Assembly: GCA_001724265.1 (NCBI GenBank)
Contig: MEDY01000308.1
Span: forward strand, 1 to 37,177
DNA length: 37,177 bases
From: Rhizaria sp. SCN 62-66
Lineage: Eukaryota
Direction of reading: 5' to 3'
This document shows, piece by piece, positions 1-10,891 of the stretch (within the stretch, counting starts at the first letter, position 1; every line of letters starts with the position of its first letter). A model generated the notes under the pieces. It did not search any database, was not told the origin of the DNA, and was given only the letters and a program-made list of their open reading frames with translations. The position numbers were made by a program, and so were the translations under genes.

Positions 1-228
1 CTTGATCTGCTTGGACTTGGCGATGATGTCCTCGCCGAGCGCCTGCAGGGCAGCGTCGAGCTTCTCGTCCTCGTTCAGGGGAGCGTTGGAAGGGGTGCCG
101 ATGGTCGCGACCTGCACGGGGGCACCGACGGGGACATCAGCGAGCTGCGCCTCGATGAACGAGGGAGCCTGGGCCATGGCGAGAACCGCGAGGGCCGCAA
201 GGAAAGCGAACACGAACGTAAGCTTCAT
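1..228 (-). CDS. Secreted protein, N-terminal 76 codons (gene runs off the left edge); not in the supplied ORF track
   Basis: Manual translation from ATG at 228: MKLTFVFAFLAALAVLAMA-QAPSFIEAQLADVPVGAPVQVATIGTPSNAPLNEDEKLDAALQALGEDIIAKSKQIK. Shows a classic signal peptide, C/G-ending codons and a likely helical/coiled-coil continuation. Confidence 0.85.
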   Translation of the reverse strand, partial: MKLTFVFAFLAALAVLAMAQAPSFIEAQLADVPVGAPVQVATIGTPSNAPLNEDEKLDAALQALGEDIIAKSKQIK

Positions 229-234
229 CACACT

Positions 235-384
235 CTGGTGTTGTGCGTTGGATTAGGTTGAAAGTAAGGGTGTGCATTTGAGAGGTGGTCAAAAGACGGG
301 AAAAAGACGAGAGAAGGAGTGGTAAGTATTGAGATGGTGTAGAATACATTCGTGAGATTACAAATGACATTGTGACAGTCTCAC
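235..384 (-). other. Putative 5'-UTR intron of the secreted-protein gene
   Basis: On the minus strand: GTGAGA donor at 384, pyrimidine-rich body, CTAAT branch-like site, and CAG acceptor 6 nt before the ATG. Confidence 0.45.
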
Positions 385-697
385 ATATGGGCTCCAGAGG
401 GCTGCATATACCAACGAACAAAAAGGCAAGCACCTCTTTGGGACCAGGAGGGGTTGGCTACACCAAAGCGGATCATAGGGAACTCGTCAAGGATAACCAA
501 TAGAATATCAAACATTGCCACAAGCACAAGCTCTTTAAATGCGATTCCATCAAACCATTCGATTGCCACAAGATGCATACAGATCGACTTCACATTCGCT
601 CGAGGTCTCCTTTTCCGACGAACCGAAAGTGATTATTTATTTTTCGGTCCCTCCAGTAGCCTGACCACTTTTTGCGGCTTGACTTCCGACTCCACAT

Positions 698-713
698 TTT
701 GAAAAATTTTGAA
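698..713 (+). promoter_or_regulatory. Two tandem TTTGAA (CHR-like) hexamers upstream of the 3R-MYB gene
   Basis: TTTGAA at 698-703 and 708-713, 10 nt apart. TTTGAA is the CHR element bound by LIN54/TCX in DREAM/MuvB. The AT-rich context makes chance occurrence plausible. Confidence 0.25.
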
Positions 714-1056
714 TCTTGCAGCGCTATTTGTCGCGTGAATTAATCGTGATAGTCGCATTTACAAGTGATCACGCGCTGAAACCACCTCGATCTTTCTTAG
801 CACTAATTTATATTTTGCATTCATGCAGTATAACTGTTACAACTAACCACTTCTTTTTCACCCTCTCATCACTTGCCACATGCTTGCCTCGCAGCTCTGT
901 TTATCGGCATCCTGCCTTAATTTCATTTTCTAAGAGCAAAAAAAGATATCAAAACTGGTATTCTCGCTGTTGTTTTTAGCTTTGGCGTGTTTGTATCCGA
1001 GTCCCGTGCATTAATCATACTTTGTCAGCCCCACAGGCTCTTTCTCGCTGGTCACC

Positions 1057-4000
1057 ATGTCCAACCACAACAACGACCGCTATGACGACGCTGGCACTGA
1101 GTCTGAGGACGACGGCTACGATGAGAAGAAGCGCGTCAAGTGGACTTCTGAGGAGGTGCGCCTTATACTTTACTATTACTGTTTCCTTCATTCATCTACC
1201 CTGTCTGATACTTCCTGTTCATCATCGACCCTGCCCCTCCATCCTATCCTCAACTCTCACGCTAATATCTCTGTGACCGACGAAACCTTTTTTGTTCTTT
1301 CTGCTTTCACTTTGCTGGCTTTGCCCAACCCTAGGACGAAGTTCTCCGCAACACTGTTCAGAACCACTCGGCGCGCAACTGGAAGAAGATTGCCGAAGAG
1401 GCCTTCAGCAGTAAAAAGAGCGACGTGCAGTGTTTGCACAGATGGCAGAAGGTCCTTGACCCCAACCTTGTCAAGGGCCCCTGGACAAGAGAGGAGGACG
1501 ACCGCGTCATTGAGCTCGTCCGCCTGCATGGTGCGCAGCGCTGGTCTGTGATCGCCAACTTCCTCCCGGGTCGCATTGGCAAGCAGTGCCGCGAGCGCTG
1601 GCACAACCACCTCGACCCCACGATCCGCAAAGATCCCTGGATCCCGGCCGAGGACAACATCATCGTCGCGCGCCACCGCGTTGTTGGCAACCGTTGGGCC
1701 GAGATCTCGAAGAAGCTCCGCGACGCCGGCTTCAACCGCACGGATAATAACATCAAGAACCACTGGAACTCGTCTCTGCGCAAGCGTGTGTTGGCCGGCG
1801 AGTTCGACGGCGCCGCGCTCGGCGACGGTCCCGACGACGGCGTCTCTGCGGGAGGCAATGGCGGCAGCGGCATCGGTGAGGGCAGCGGCGATAGGCAGCG
1901 TGCGAACGGCAGTGGCAACACTTCTGCTGCTGCCGCGGCGGCTGCCGCTTCTGCGGCTGCAACGGCTGCTAGCGCCGCTGGACATGATGGTGGCCACGGC
2001 CACGGCCAGCAAAGCAGCGCTGCGAGCCGCCGCAAGGCTGCCGCGATCCCCGTCTCCGGCTCCGTGGCCTCTGCGACCGTGACGCTGACGCAGCAACAGG
2101 CGCAGGCGCAGGCGCAGGCGCTCGAGGCCGCGCTGTCCACGGCGTCCGTTACCGAGCGCGCGGCGCTGCGCAAGGCCGCCGCGCTGCCGCTCGTGGTCAC
2201 CACCGCGGCCTCCGCGGGCGGGGCTCCAGGCCGCACGCGCCGCGGCAACGCTGCCGGCAGCAGCAACGGCTACGCCAGCGCGGGCAGTCACGGTCACGGC
2301 CACGGCCACGGCCACGGCCACGGCGGCGCGAGCGAGCGCGGCGACGACGAGGCTGAGCGCGACTACGACGTTGACGACGACGAGCACGACGCTACTGACG
2401 ACGACGGCGGCAGCGGCGACACCGGCGCGGCTCGCGGCCACACGTACCCGTACGCCCCCCGCACTAGCGACGCCCATGACAACGACGGCGACGCTGACGA
2501 TGACAACGATGACGACGACGACTCCACCGATCCCTACGGCCGTGTGCTGCCCGCGCTGCAGTACGTGCACCAGTCGACGTCTCCGTCGCGCAACCTCGCT
2601 GGCGGCGCCAGCGGCGCTGCGGGCTCCGCGGTTGCCGCTACGCCTAGCGCGCCCGGCGGCTACTGGGGCTACGCGCCCGCGGCGCACGCCGCGGCGGCCG
2701 CGGCGCACGGCCACCACAGCGCTGCGCACGGGCCCGCGCAGGCGCAGCCGCAGGCGCACGGCCTGCTGCGCGCGTCCAACGCGACGGCCGGCTCTGCGGC
2801 GGGCGCGAACGCGGCCTCCGGGCTCGGCGCGAGCCCCGGCGCGCGCGGTGCCGCGGCCAACGTCCATGGCGTGAGCGTGAGCGCGGGCTCGGCTGCTCAT
2901 GGGCATCACGCGACGGGCCCCGTCCACGGGCCTGCGCAGCAGCACGGCCACTCCGTGCATTCGCATTCGCACTCGTCACACGTGCACGCCCACTCGTCGC
3001 ACCTGCATGCGCAGTCTTCGAACCCTGTCTCTGCTGCCGCAGTTGCGGCCGCTGCGCGCGCGACATCGCACCTGACGCCGCCGCGCGTGCCCACGGGCGC
3101 CTTCGCGTCCTCCGGCATGATGATGGGCCACATGGGCATGGGCGGCATGAACCCGCTGGCGACAACTCCCAACATGAGCATGATGGGCTTGACGCCCGCC
3201 CCGCGCCAGCAGTGGGGCAGCTCGCTCTCGCTGTCGCCGCACGTGCTGCTGCCGCTCGTCTCGCCCGCGCAGCGCATGCTGCTGCAGACGACGACGGGCG
3301 ACGCGCGCGGCGCGACGCCCTCGCTGGCGCTCTTCTCGCCGCCGCGCGTGCCCGGCCTCGACTCCGCGGGCCATCAGGTCTCGCTGACGCCGCCGCTCAG
3401 TCACTCCGCGGTGCACGCGCAGCCGGCGCCCGCGCACGCCGACAAGTCGCACGCTGACAAGTCGCACGTCCACAGCGTCGCCGACGCCGCGGTCGCGGCT
3501 GCGGGCTTTGCGCTGCCTGCAACGACGGCGCGCCGCACGACCCGTCCCGCAACCGCCGCCACCGGTGCTACCTCTGGCGTCGCTGCGTCCCCGCTGCGCC
3601 ACGCTCACGGCCACGCGCACGGCCACTCGCTCCCGGTCCCGATCCAGGTCCCCGTGTCCACGGGCAGCACTCCGCTGAGCGCGGGCTCGAGCACGAGCGC
3701 CGGCGCGAACCAAATGCAGGCGTCGCCTGCGGCGCTGCACGTGCCGTCCATGGCGACGCCCGCGCGCCGCCTCGTGCCCGCGCGCGCGCTGCAGGGCGGC
3801 TTCACCACCCCTTCGCGTCCTACCGCGCACGCGCAGCTCAGCATGACGCCTGCAAGGGCCGCCGCGCTGGCCTCTGCCGCTGCTGCTGCGGCTGCCGCTG
3901 CGACTTCGACTGCGGATGCCGCGTCCGCGCCGCTTTCTGCATCTGTGCCCGCGGCTCCCGCGCGCCCTGCTGCTAACACCACTTCTACCGCTTCCTCTGC

Positions 4001-4694
4001 ACCTACCATGTGTTTTTCGGGCGCGACTGGTAATGCTACCACAGGCTCTGCGACTACCGCCACGGCCCCTGTGCCTGGCTTCGCGTCTTCCGCCGGGGCC
4101 AGCCACGCTCACCCGACCTCCACCGACGCTGTTGCTGGCGCTGCTGCGACATCCGCTTCCCGTAGCAGCAGCAACGCACATCAGTGGGCTCTGGCGACGC
4201 CGTCGCTGGTCTCGGGTCCCCGCCCCGCCTCCGCTGCGGCGGGCGGCGGCGCGGCGGCCGCTGCGGGCGGTTCCACCGGCGTCGGCGCGGGCGACAGCGA
4301 GGCCGCGGCTGAGGCGAGCACGCCATCCATCGCGATTGCTATCGCGCGGGCCGCCGGCGCAGGCGCTCTCAAGTCGCGCGCTGCTGCTGCCGCTGCTGCT
4401 GCCGCGATGTCGGCCGCGAACGCCAGCAACACACACACCGGTGCTGGCGCGGCTGCGGGGACTGAGACGGGCCGCGGTAACGCGCGCTCGCGTGCGCTGC
4501 GCGGGTCTGTGACGCCGTCGACGGGCGTGTGCAAGAAGCTCGACGTTGACGACGACACTGACGACAGCAGCACAGACAGTTCGAGCAACAGCGGGCGCGT
4601 CACTGGCGCTAATCGTGAGACTGCTCACGAGAATCAGACAGAGACTGAGATTACGCAAAACAGCAAGAGGCGCAGGCTCTGGGGCATGGTCTAA
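1057..4694 (+). CDS. MYB3R: R1R2R3-MYB (3R-MYB/B-Myb-like) transcription factor, join(1057..1155,1335..4694), ~1152 aa
   Basis: Splicing restores R1 (KWTSEE|DEVLRNTVQNHSARNWKKIAEEAFSSKKSDVQCLHRWQKVL). R2 (KGPWTREEDDRVIELV...WSVIANFLPGRIGKQCRERWHNHL) and R3 (PWIPAEDNII...GNRWAEISKKL...RTDNNIKNHWNSSL) follow. The long Ala/His/Ser-rich tail has many S/T-P sites. Stop is TAA. Confidence 0.93.
1156..1334 (+). other. Spliceosomal intron (179 nt, phase 0) within MYB repeat R1
   Basis: GAG|GTGCGC donor, T/C-rich body, CCCTAG|GAC acceptor. Removing it joins the 1057 frame to the 1425 ORF frame and rebuilds the MYB consensus. Confidence 0.9.
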
Positions 4695-5255
4695 GAAAAC
4701 GCTTCTTAGCGGCACGTGACCATACTAATCTTTGCTGAAACCTCACGGTCATATCTTTATTTTGTGCTAAATGTCGTGTTCATTCCGTTTTCTAAAAAAA
4801 ATATTTTCTTTTTAACTGTTTTTTATTGTTTTATGTATATTTCCCGGTTTCTATAGTTTAATTCCTCCTTTCTCCGGTTAAGTTTCCCTGCTCTAAGTTT
4901 CCCTGTTCTTTGTTTCCTTGTCGTAATTGCAAATTGAATACATTGCCATCATTTCATCATTCTAGACGAAATATGATCAGGATTTAAAAGGACCACAATA
5001 TGATTGTATTAATAGCGTTGTCATATAAAACAATGTAAAGACAACACTTTCTAGGTAGGCTATACAAAAATTGTTCGCATCACTGACGTGAGGTTAAGTT
5101 ACATGACGAACACACATCGTGCCGTTATAGTGAACTTTCCTCACAAGCTAAGATTGATTGTTAGAGTCGTATGATATATGTAACGATGCTTTGGGTAACT
5201 TCGAGATGGATTAGTAGTCGCGATAATTTCCACTTCCGGTTCTGTCACCGTCCTC

Positions 5256-8200
5256 TTAGTCGTAGTCATCTTCGAGATTAGGCGGCGTGAAGCTCGGCGG
5301 GAACACATAATTGTTCACCTCGCGCATACTGCTGTTACTCTTAAGCTCTTCTTCAGTCGTCAGCTCCGTTACGGCGTCAGAGATCGACTCGAGCAGCGAG
5401 ACAATGCAACGCAGCGCACAGCGGCGGTCGGGCGTGGGGTGCACCGCACTCCTACAGGTCTCCATCAACAGCTTGAAGTACTTGGGCAGAGCGTTGTACG
5501 CATCGTCACGAGTACGCGGCAGCGTACTGCGCAGCATGTGCGTGGCCGACATCAGCCTCTTGTCGACGCTCAGGAGTCCAAGCATGATTTGTCCAAGCGA
5601 GTACACGTCCGAGGCCCAGTCCGCAGGCTCGGCCACGAACTCGCAGTCGCCGGGCAGCCCGGTGTCCTGCGCGTCGCGACACTCGTACGCCCAGGTGATC
5701 TCCGGCGCGCACTCGGGCGGGAGTCGGTCGATGGCCGGCAACGTAGTGCCGCCGTGGATGCGCGCGTGCTCAAAGTCGCACAGCACCACGGTCATGTCGT
5801 CCTCGCCGCCGCCGCCGCCGCGCGCCGCGCGGTCGCTCTCGCCCTCGGTCTCGGTCAGCAGACAGTTGCGCAGCGCGACGTCGCCGTGGACAACGCCGGT
5901 GCACGCGTGGAGCACGTACACGGCGCGCGCCATATGCCACAGGTATAGCCACGTGCGGCGCACAGCCTCCTTCTCCGCCTTACTGGGCTCGCCCTGCCTG
6001 CGCCGCAGCAGGCTGTCGATGCTGAGGTACGCCTGCCGCAACCACGCCTCGAGCGTGCCGCCCTTGGCATACGCCAGACGCAGTTGTGGGCCCGACGAGT
6101 CGCACTCTTCGGCCGCGACCACGGGCAACACCTTCTCGGGGATCTGCAGCTGCTTGGTGTCGTTGGCGTTAGCCAGCGCAAGCTCGGCCTGGAAGAGGGC
6201 TTCGAGCGCGACCTTACACTGGGGGTCGCGGAACCGGCGGTAGAAACGCATCTCGTGCGCGAGCCGCTGCCGGTTCGCGTGGTCCGCAGCGGAGCCAGAG
6301 GCACCGGTGGACTTGATGACGTACAGCTGACCGTTGCTCTGGGTAAATTTAGGTCCGGAGACAGTGTTCGTTGAGAGAGCGTTCGTCGTGGGCCAAACAA
6401 ACGGCTGCGGCTGCTGTTGTTGAGAGTCGTGGATAACGAGCATGTTCGCCGCAGAGCTGCCACCAGCGGCGGCAGAGCTCTGACTGTGTGGGTCAACGAG
6501 ATATGTGGAGCCGTTGTAGTTGTTTGCATCTGAACGGTGAGGCAAAGGCAGCGAGAGTGGGACGGCAAGCGATGATGAAGAGGAAACTGCGCCGGCAAAC
6601 GATGACGACAACGACGACAGTGACGATGACAGCGACGACGACGAAAACATAGCCGCCGAAGACGCGTGCTGTTGCTGTTGTTGCTGCAGCATCTGCTGAT
6701 GGTACTGTTGTACATACTGCGGCTGATGCTCCGGCGCCGACATGTCCGGCAGCAACGCGACGTGGGTGGTCGATGTCACCGACGTGTCATCGTCAGGCAG
6801 CTCCACAATCGGCTTCGTGTCCGCCGCGCCTTCCTCCTCCTCGTCGATGCCGACTGCGACGACGTGCACGCTCGACGACGCCGGCAGTGCAGGCCGCGCC
6901 GCGTCGCTGCCGCGCCTCCCCGCAAAGCCGTCGGCGGCCGAGAGTGGGAGCGAGGCGTCGAGCCCCGTGCGCGCGGCGGCGACGAAGGGGCCGCTACAGG
7001 AAACATGCACAGCGTCGTTCTCGACTGTATCCACAATAGCGCCGTCGCCAGAGGAGCCAGTCGCGACCGTCGTCGTCGAGGCGCTGGCCGTCGACGAGCC
7101 ACTGCTGGCGTTGCTGCTGCAGATGTTGGAGTCGCCCGCCGTCTCGGCCGCGGCCACGCGCGCGCTGGCCGTGGTTGGCGGCGTGACCGCGGCCGTGGAC
7201 GCCGTGGCCGTAGACTCGCCCGCGTCGGGCGAGTCCTGCACCGAACCCAGCGAGCCAACGGAGCCCGCGCTGACGGTGCGGCGGAAGTCGGTGAACTCGA
7301 TCCCGCCGCCCGCGGGCATGCCGGAGGCCGAGTGGAAGATCGCGTGCTTCTGCAGCGCCTTAGCGCCGGTGTGAGCGGCCGTCGCGGCGGCGGCTGGGGC
7401 CGTGCCGGGCGGGACCATCGAGGCCGAAGAGTGGCCCGAGTGGATGGAGACGGCGGAGATGACCGAGACGGGCACGGGCGGCGACAGCGACGCGTGGGAC
7501 GCGCCGCCGGGCACGCCGCGCACTGCGGCTGCGGTGACAGCGACGGACGCACCACCACTGCCGATCGCGGCAGCGGGCTCCTTGCAGAGCCCCGCAGTCG
7601 CCGCGGAGGCCGAGGCCGCGGCCGTGGCGTCCCGGCGTGGGGTCAGCACAGAGGAGTGCGTGCCGAGAGCGGCCGGCTTGAGCCCCTGTCCCTGCAGGTG
7701 ACCGTGACCGTGCGCGTGCGCGTGCGCGTGCGCGTGCGGGTGCGATAGAGTGGCAGACGTGGCCGGCGCAGTGAGGGGCGGCGCGGCGAAGGCGCTCACG
7801 CCGACGGCCGCGGGGCCTGCCAGCGCGACGGAGCTGGCGACTGGCGAGGCGACCGGGATTGGCGAAGTGGCTGCGGTCGTCGCGGCGGTGGGCGGCAGTG
7901 CGGCACCGGGGGCGACGGCGGGGACAGGAGCGCCGATCGTGTACGCATGAGAAGGCGCGGGCGGCAAAAGCACGGGCGCGTCGCCACCGCCCCCAGCAGG
8001 AGCACTCGCAGCAGCCGTGGCGCCGTAGCCCGCGGGCATATGCAGCGCCGAGGGCCTCTTCTGCAGCTCCATCTCCATCCTCTGCAGCTGCCGCTGAGCC
8101 ATCGCCGCCGCGAACGCGACCGCGTGCTCGGGCTCGGGCTCCGGCTCCGGCTCGCCGCGCTCGGCGCGGAGGCGCGTCGCGAGCGCGGCGAGCACCTCCT

Positions 8201-10857
8201 TGCGCCACAGGCGGTAGGGAATGAAGTCGAGGTCGTCGAGGCATTCGGCCTGCGCGAGCAGCGCGCCCGAGATGCCCGCCATGTACACGTGCATGCAGAG
8301 CGACTCGGGGCACTTGAGCGTGCGCAGCCACATGACCACCTCGGCGGGGGACAGCGTCTTGAGCTCGGGTACGGCCGCGGCAGCAGCGTTGCCAGCAGAA
8401 GCGCTCGCGGAAGCCGCGGCAGCACTGGCGCCAGAGATGTTCGCGGCAGCGGCAAGAGCAGCAGCAGCAACCGTAGCAGCGTTGGCGGTCGCGGCCGAGA
8501 CGGGCGGCACCGCGGGCGCGTCATACGGAGGCTGCGGCTGAGCCTGTGTCTGTGGCGCGATGGCCGTGCGCGCGGCCGTGAGCGCTGCAGCGGGCATGGC
8601 GCTTGGCACAGACGCGGCGGGAAACGGCGCGCTCGCAGCCGAGCGCACGCCCACCGCGGGGATGTGGACAGGCTTCGCGAGGCCCGCATCCGCAGCGCCC
8701 GAAGCGTTGCTGTTGCTACTGAGATTGACGTTGCTCGCTGCCGCGCTCGCGGCGCTGCTGCCAGCGAGGCCGGCCGCGGCGAGGATGCCCGACGCCAGCG
8801 ACGGCGCCATCGCCGAGGTCGGCATCGACAGCGTCCCCGTCAGCGTCGCCGCCGCCGTGAGCGCCGTCGCGGCCGTCAGGGCCGGCGCCAGCGCGGGCGG
8901 GATCACCGGCGGCATCGCCGGCGACAGCGCGTTGGTGACGGCGGCGGCTGCGGCTGCGGAGGAGCCCATCGAGGACACGCGAGCGTAGGCGGAACCGGCG
9001 GCGCGGGGCTGCGCGCGCCGCAGCGACGGCACGCCACCCAGTCCACCCGTCACGGAGGGTGCGAACGTCACCGTTTGCTGAGGCATCGCCACCGGCGGCT
9101 GCAGCGAGGGTGACGCCGCCGCCGCCGCCGCGCCAGGGGTCCGGTAGTCACGGCGCGTGAGTCCCAGCGGCGGCCCCGCGGCGAGGGCCCCGGGGGAGGC
9201 GCCGGGGACCGGGGCGATGGTGGTGGCGCGATGCATCGCGGCGCTGTAGGGCGCAGGCGGCGACATGGCAGCCGACTGCGGCGGGAACTGCGAGCCCGGG
9301 GAGCCCGCGGCGGGGGACAGCCCAGGGACTGCCGGCGACACGGGGGTCCCGCCGAGGCCGCCGTTGCTGCCCGAGGGTGAGAGCGCGGGACCCGCGCCGA
9401 CCGAGTGGCTCAGCATCAGCGGCTTGCTGCTCAGCGCGGCCCCGGTCGGGCGCATCTGCGGGGTGATGAGCGGCCGCACCGAGGGCTTGGTGGCGGCCGA
9501 GGTGATCGCGCCGGGGGTCAGCTGCGCGCCCGTCGACACAAAAACCTTGTTGCCGTTGCTATTGCTGTTGCCGGCGCCGCCGACGGAGGCCAGACTGTGC
9601 ATGGAGGCGGCCGCGGCGGGGCGCCCGTGCGGCAACGCCGCCCCCGCCGGGAGCGGGGGCGCGGGGAGCGTCGTGGCGCGGCCGAACGCGGCGGGCATCC
9701 CCGCGGAGACTGAGGCGTACGGCGAGCCGCCGGCGAAGGGCGGCTGCAGCGAGGGGAGCGCCGCAGTGCTGTTACGCGCGGACAGCGGCGGCGGCAGCGG
9801 CGGCGCGGCGGCGGACGGAGACAGTGCCATCGGCGCGCGCAGCTGTTGCTGCAGCTGGAGGTGCTGGGGAGACGTCGCGAGCGTTGTCGGCGACTGCGGC
9901 GGCTTCAGGCTGACGGTTGCTGCGGGCGCAGTGGCGGCGGCGGCGGGCAGGGGCGGCGGGCCAGCGAGTACAGGGCGCGCGCCGGCAGCCCTGAGGCCGC
10001 TCGCGCTCATCCCGGCACTGACCCCGGCGCTGGCGCCGGCGGGCGCGGACGACGGCTTAGCGGAGCCCACACTGGCCGTCGCGGGCGCAGCTTTGGCGGG
10101 GACCTTGGGCGCAGCGCCACCGCTGGTGGCGGGCACAGAAGTGATCGGCGGCGGCGCGTTGGCAGCCACGCTCGCACTCGCGCTCGCAGACGACGGGGGC
10201 GGCGGCGGCGGCGATGACAGCTTGAAGGTGAACTGCTGCGCCTCCTCCTCGATTTCGCGGGTGGCCATGACAACCATGGGCGAGAAAAGGTCAGTCGCAC
10301 CCGGTATCAGCCCGCCGCGGCTGCCGGCTGTGCTGGTGCGGCTACCGAGGCCCACGTGCAGCGTCCCGTCCGCGGCCGCGTCCGCATGGCTGGATGCCGC
10401 CGCGCCGGAGGACGCCGACAGCGGGGGCCACGCGCGGCCGGCGTTGTTACTGTTGGAGCTGCTGTCCGTCCCGGGGGTCGCCGCGGCCTTGCGGCTGTTT
10501 GAGTTGGCGTTTGCCTTGTTGTCGGCCGAGCTGTTTGTCTGCGGCGAGCCGTCGCTGTCTCTGTCGTCCACGTGGAAGGCTCTGTCGCTGAGCTTGACTG
10601 CGGCAGCGTCGGTGCGCAGCTCCAGCTCGGCGATTGACGGGGGCCTGCTCACCGCGGGCGCCTCCGCGAAGTCCTTGCTCTAGCTTCCGACCACGACGAC
10701 GTTGGACCCCACCGAGCCCGAGCCCTTCGCGAGGCTCACTGCCGGCACAGCGGCCGCAGCAGTGGCGGCGGCGGCTCTCGCGCGCGGCTTGGCCTGTGCC
10801 GGCGCCGGGGCAGCCCCGTCCTCGTCCTCGCCCTCGGACACCTTCGCGGTGCCCGCA

Positions 10858-10891
<34 letters not shown>

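Noticed and set aside
1156-1551. ORF 1057..1551 as a separate 164-aa protein
   Set aside because: It is MYB exon 1 reading into the intron; splicing gives the complete R1 repeat.
2288-2325. (CACGGC)n and other His-Gly, poly-Ala and poly-Gln coding microsatellites throughout
   Set aside because: These are a generic feature of this genome's low-complexity proteins, not a distinct element.
4879-4905. Direct repeat TAAGTTTCCCTG x2, and (TTTGG)n at ~35212-35232
   Set aside because: Short slippage-type duplications in 3' spacers, with no spacer structure, terminal repeats or transposase. Not CRISPR, telomeric or mobile.
10600-10682. Selenocysteine/pyrrolysine-type recoding or a canonical readthrough context at the in-frame stop
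   Set aside because: The codon is UAG, not UGA, so it is not Sec. The 3' context AGCAAG is not the CARYYA/CUAG leaky motif. No convincing hairpin could be established by eye in such GC-rich sequence.
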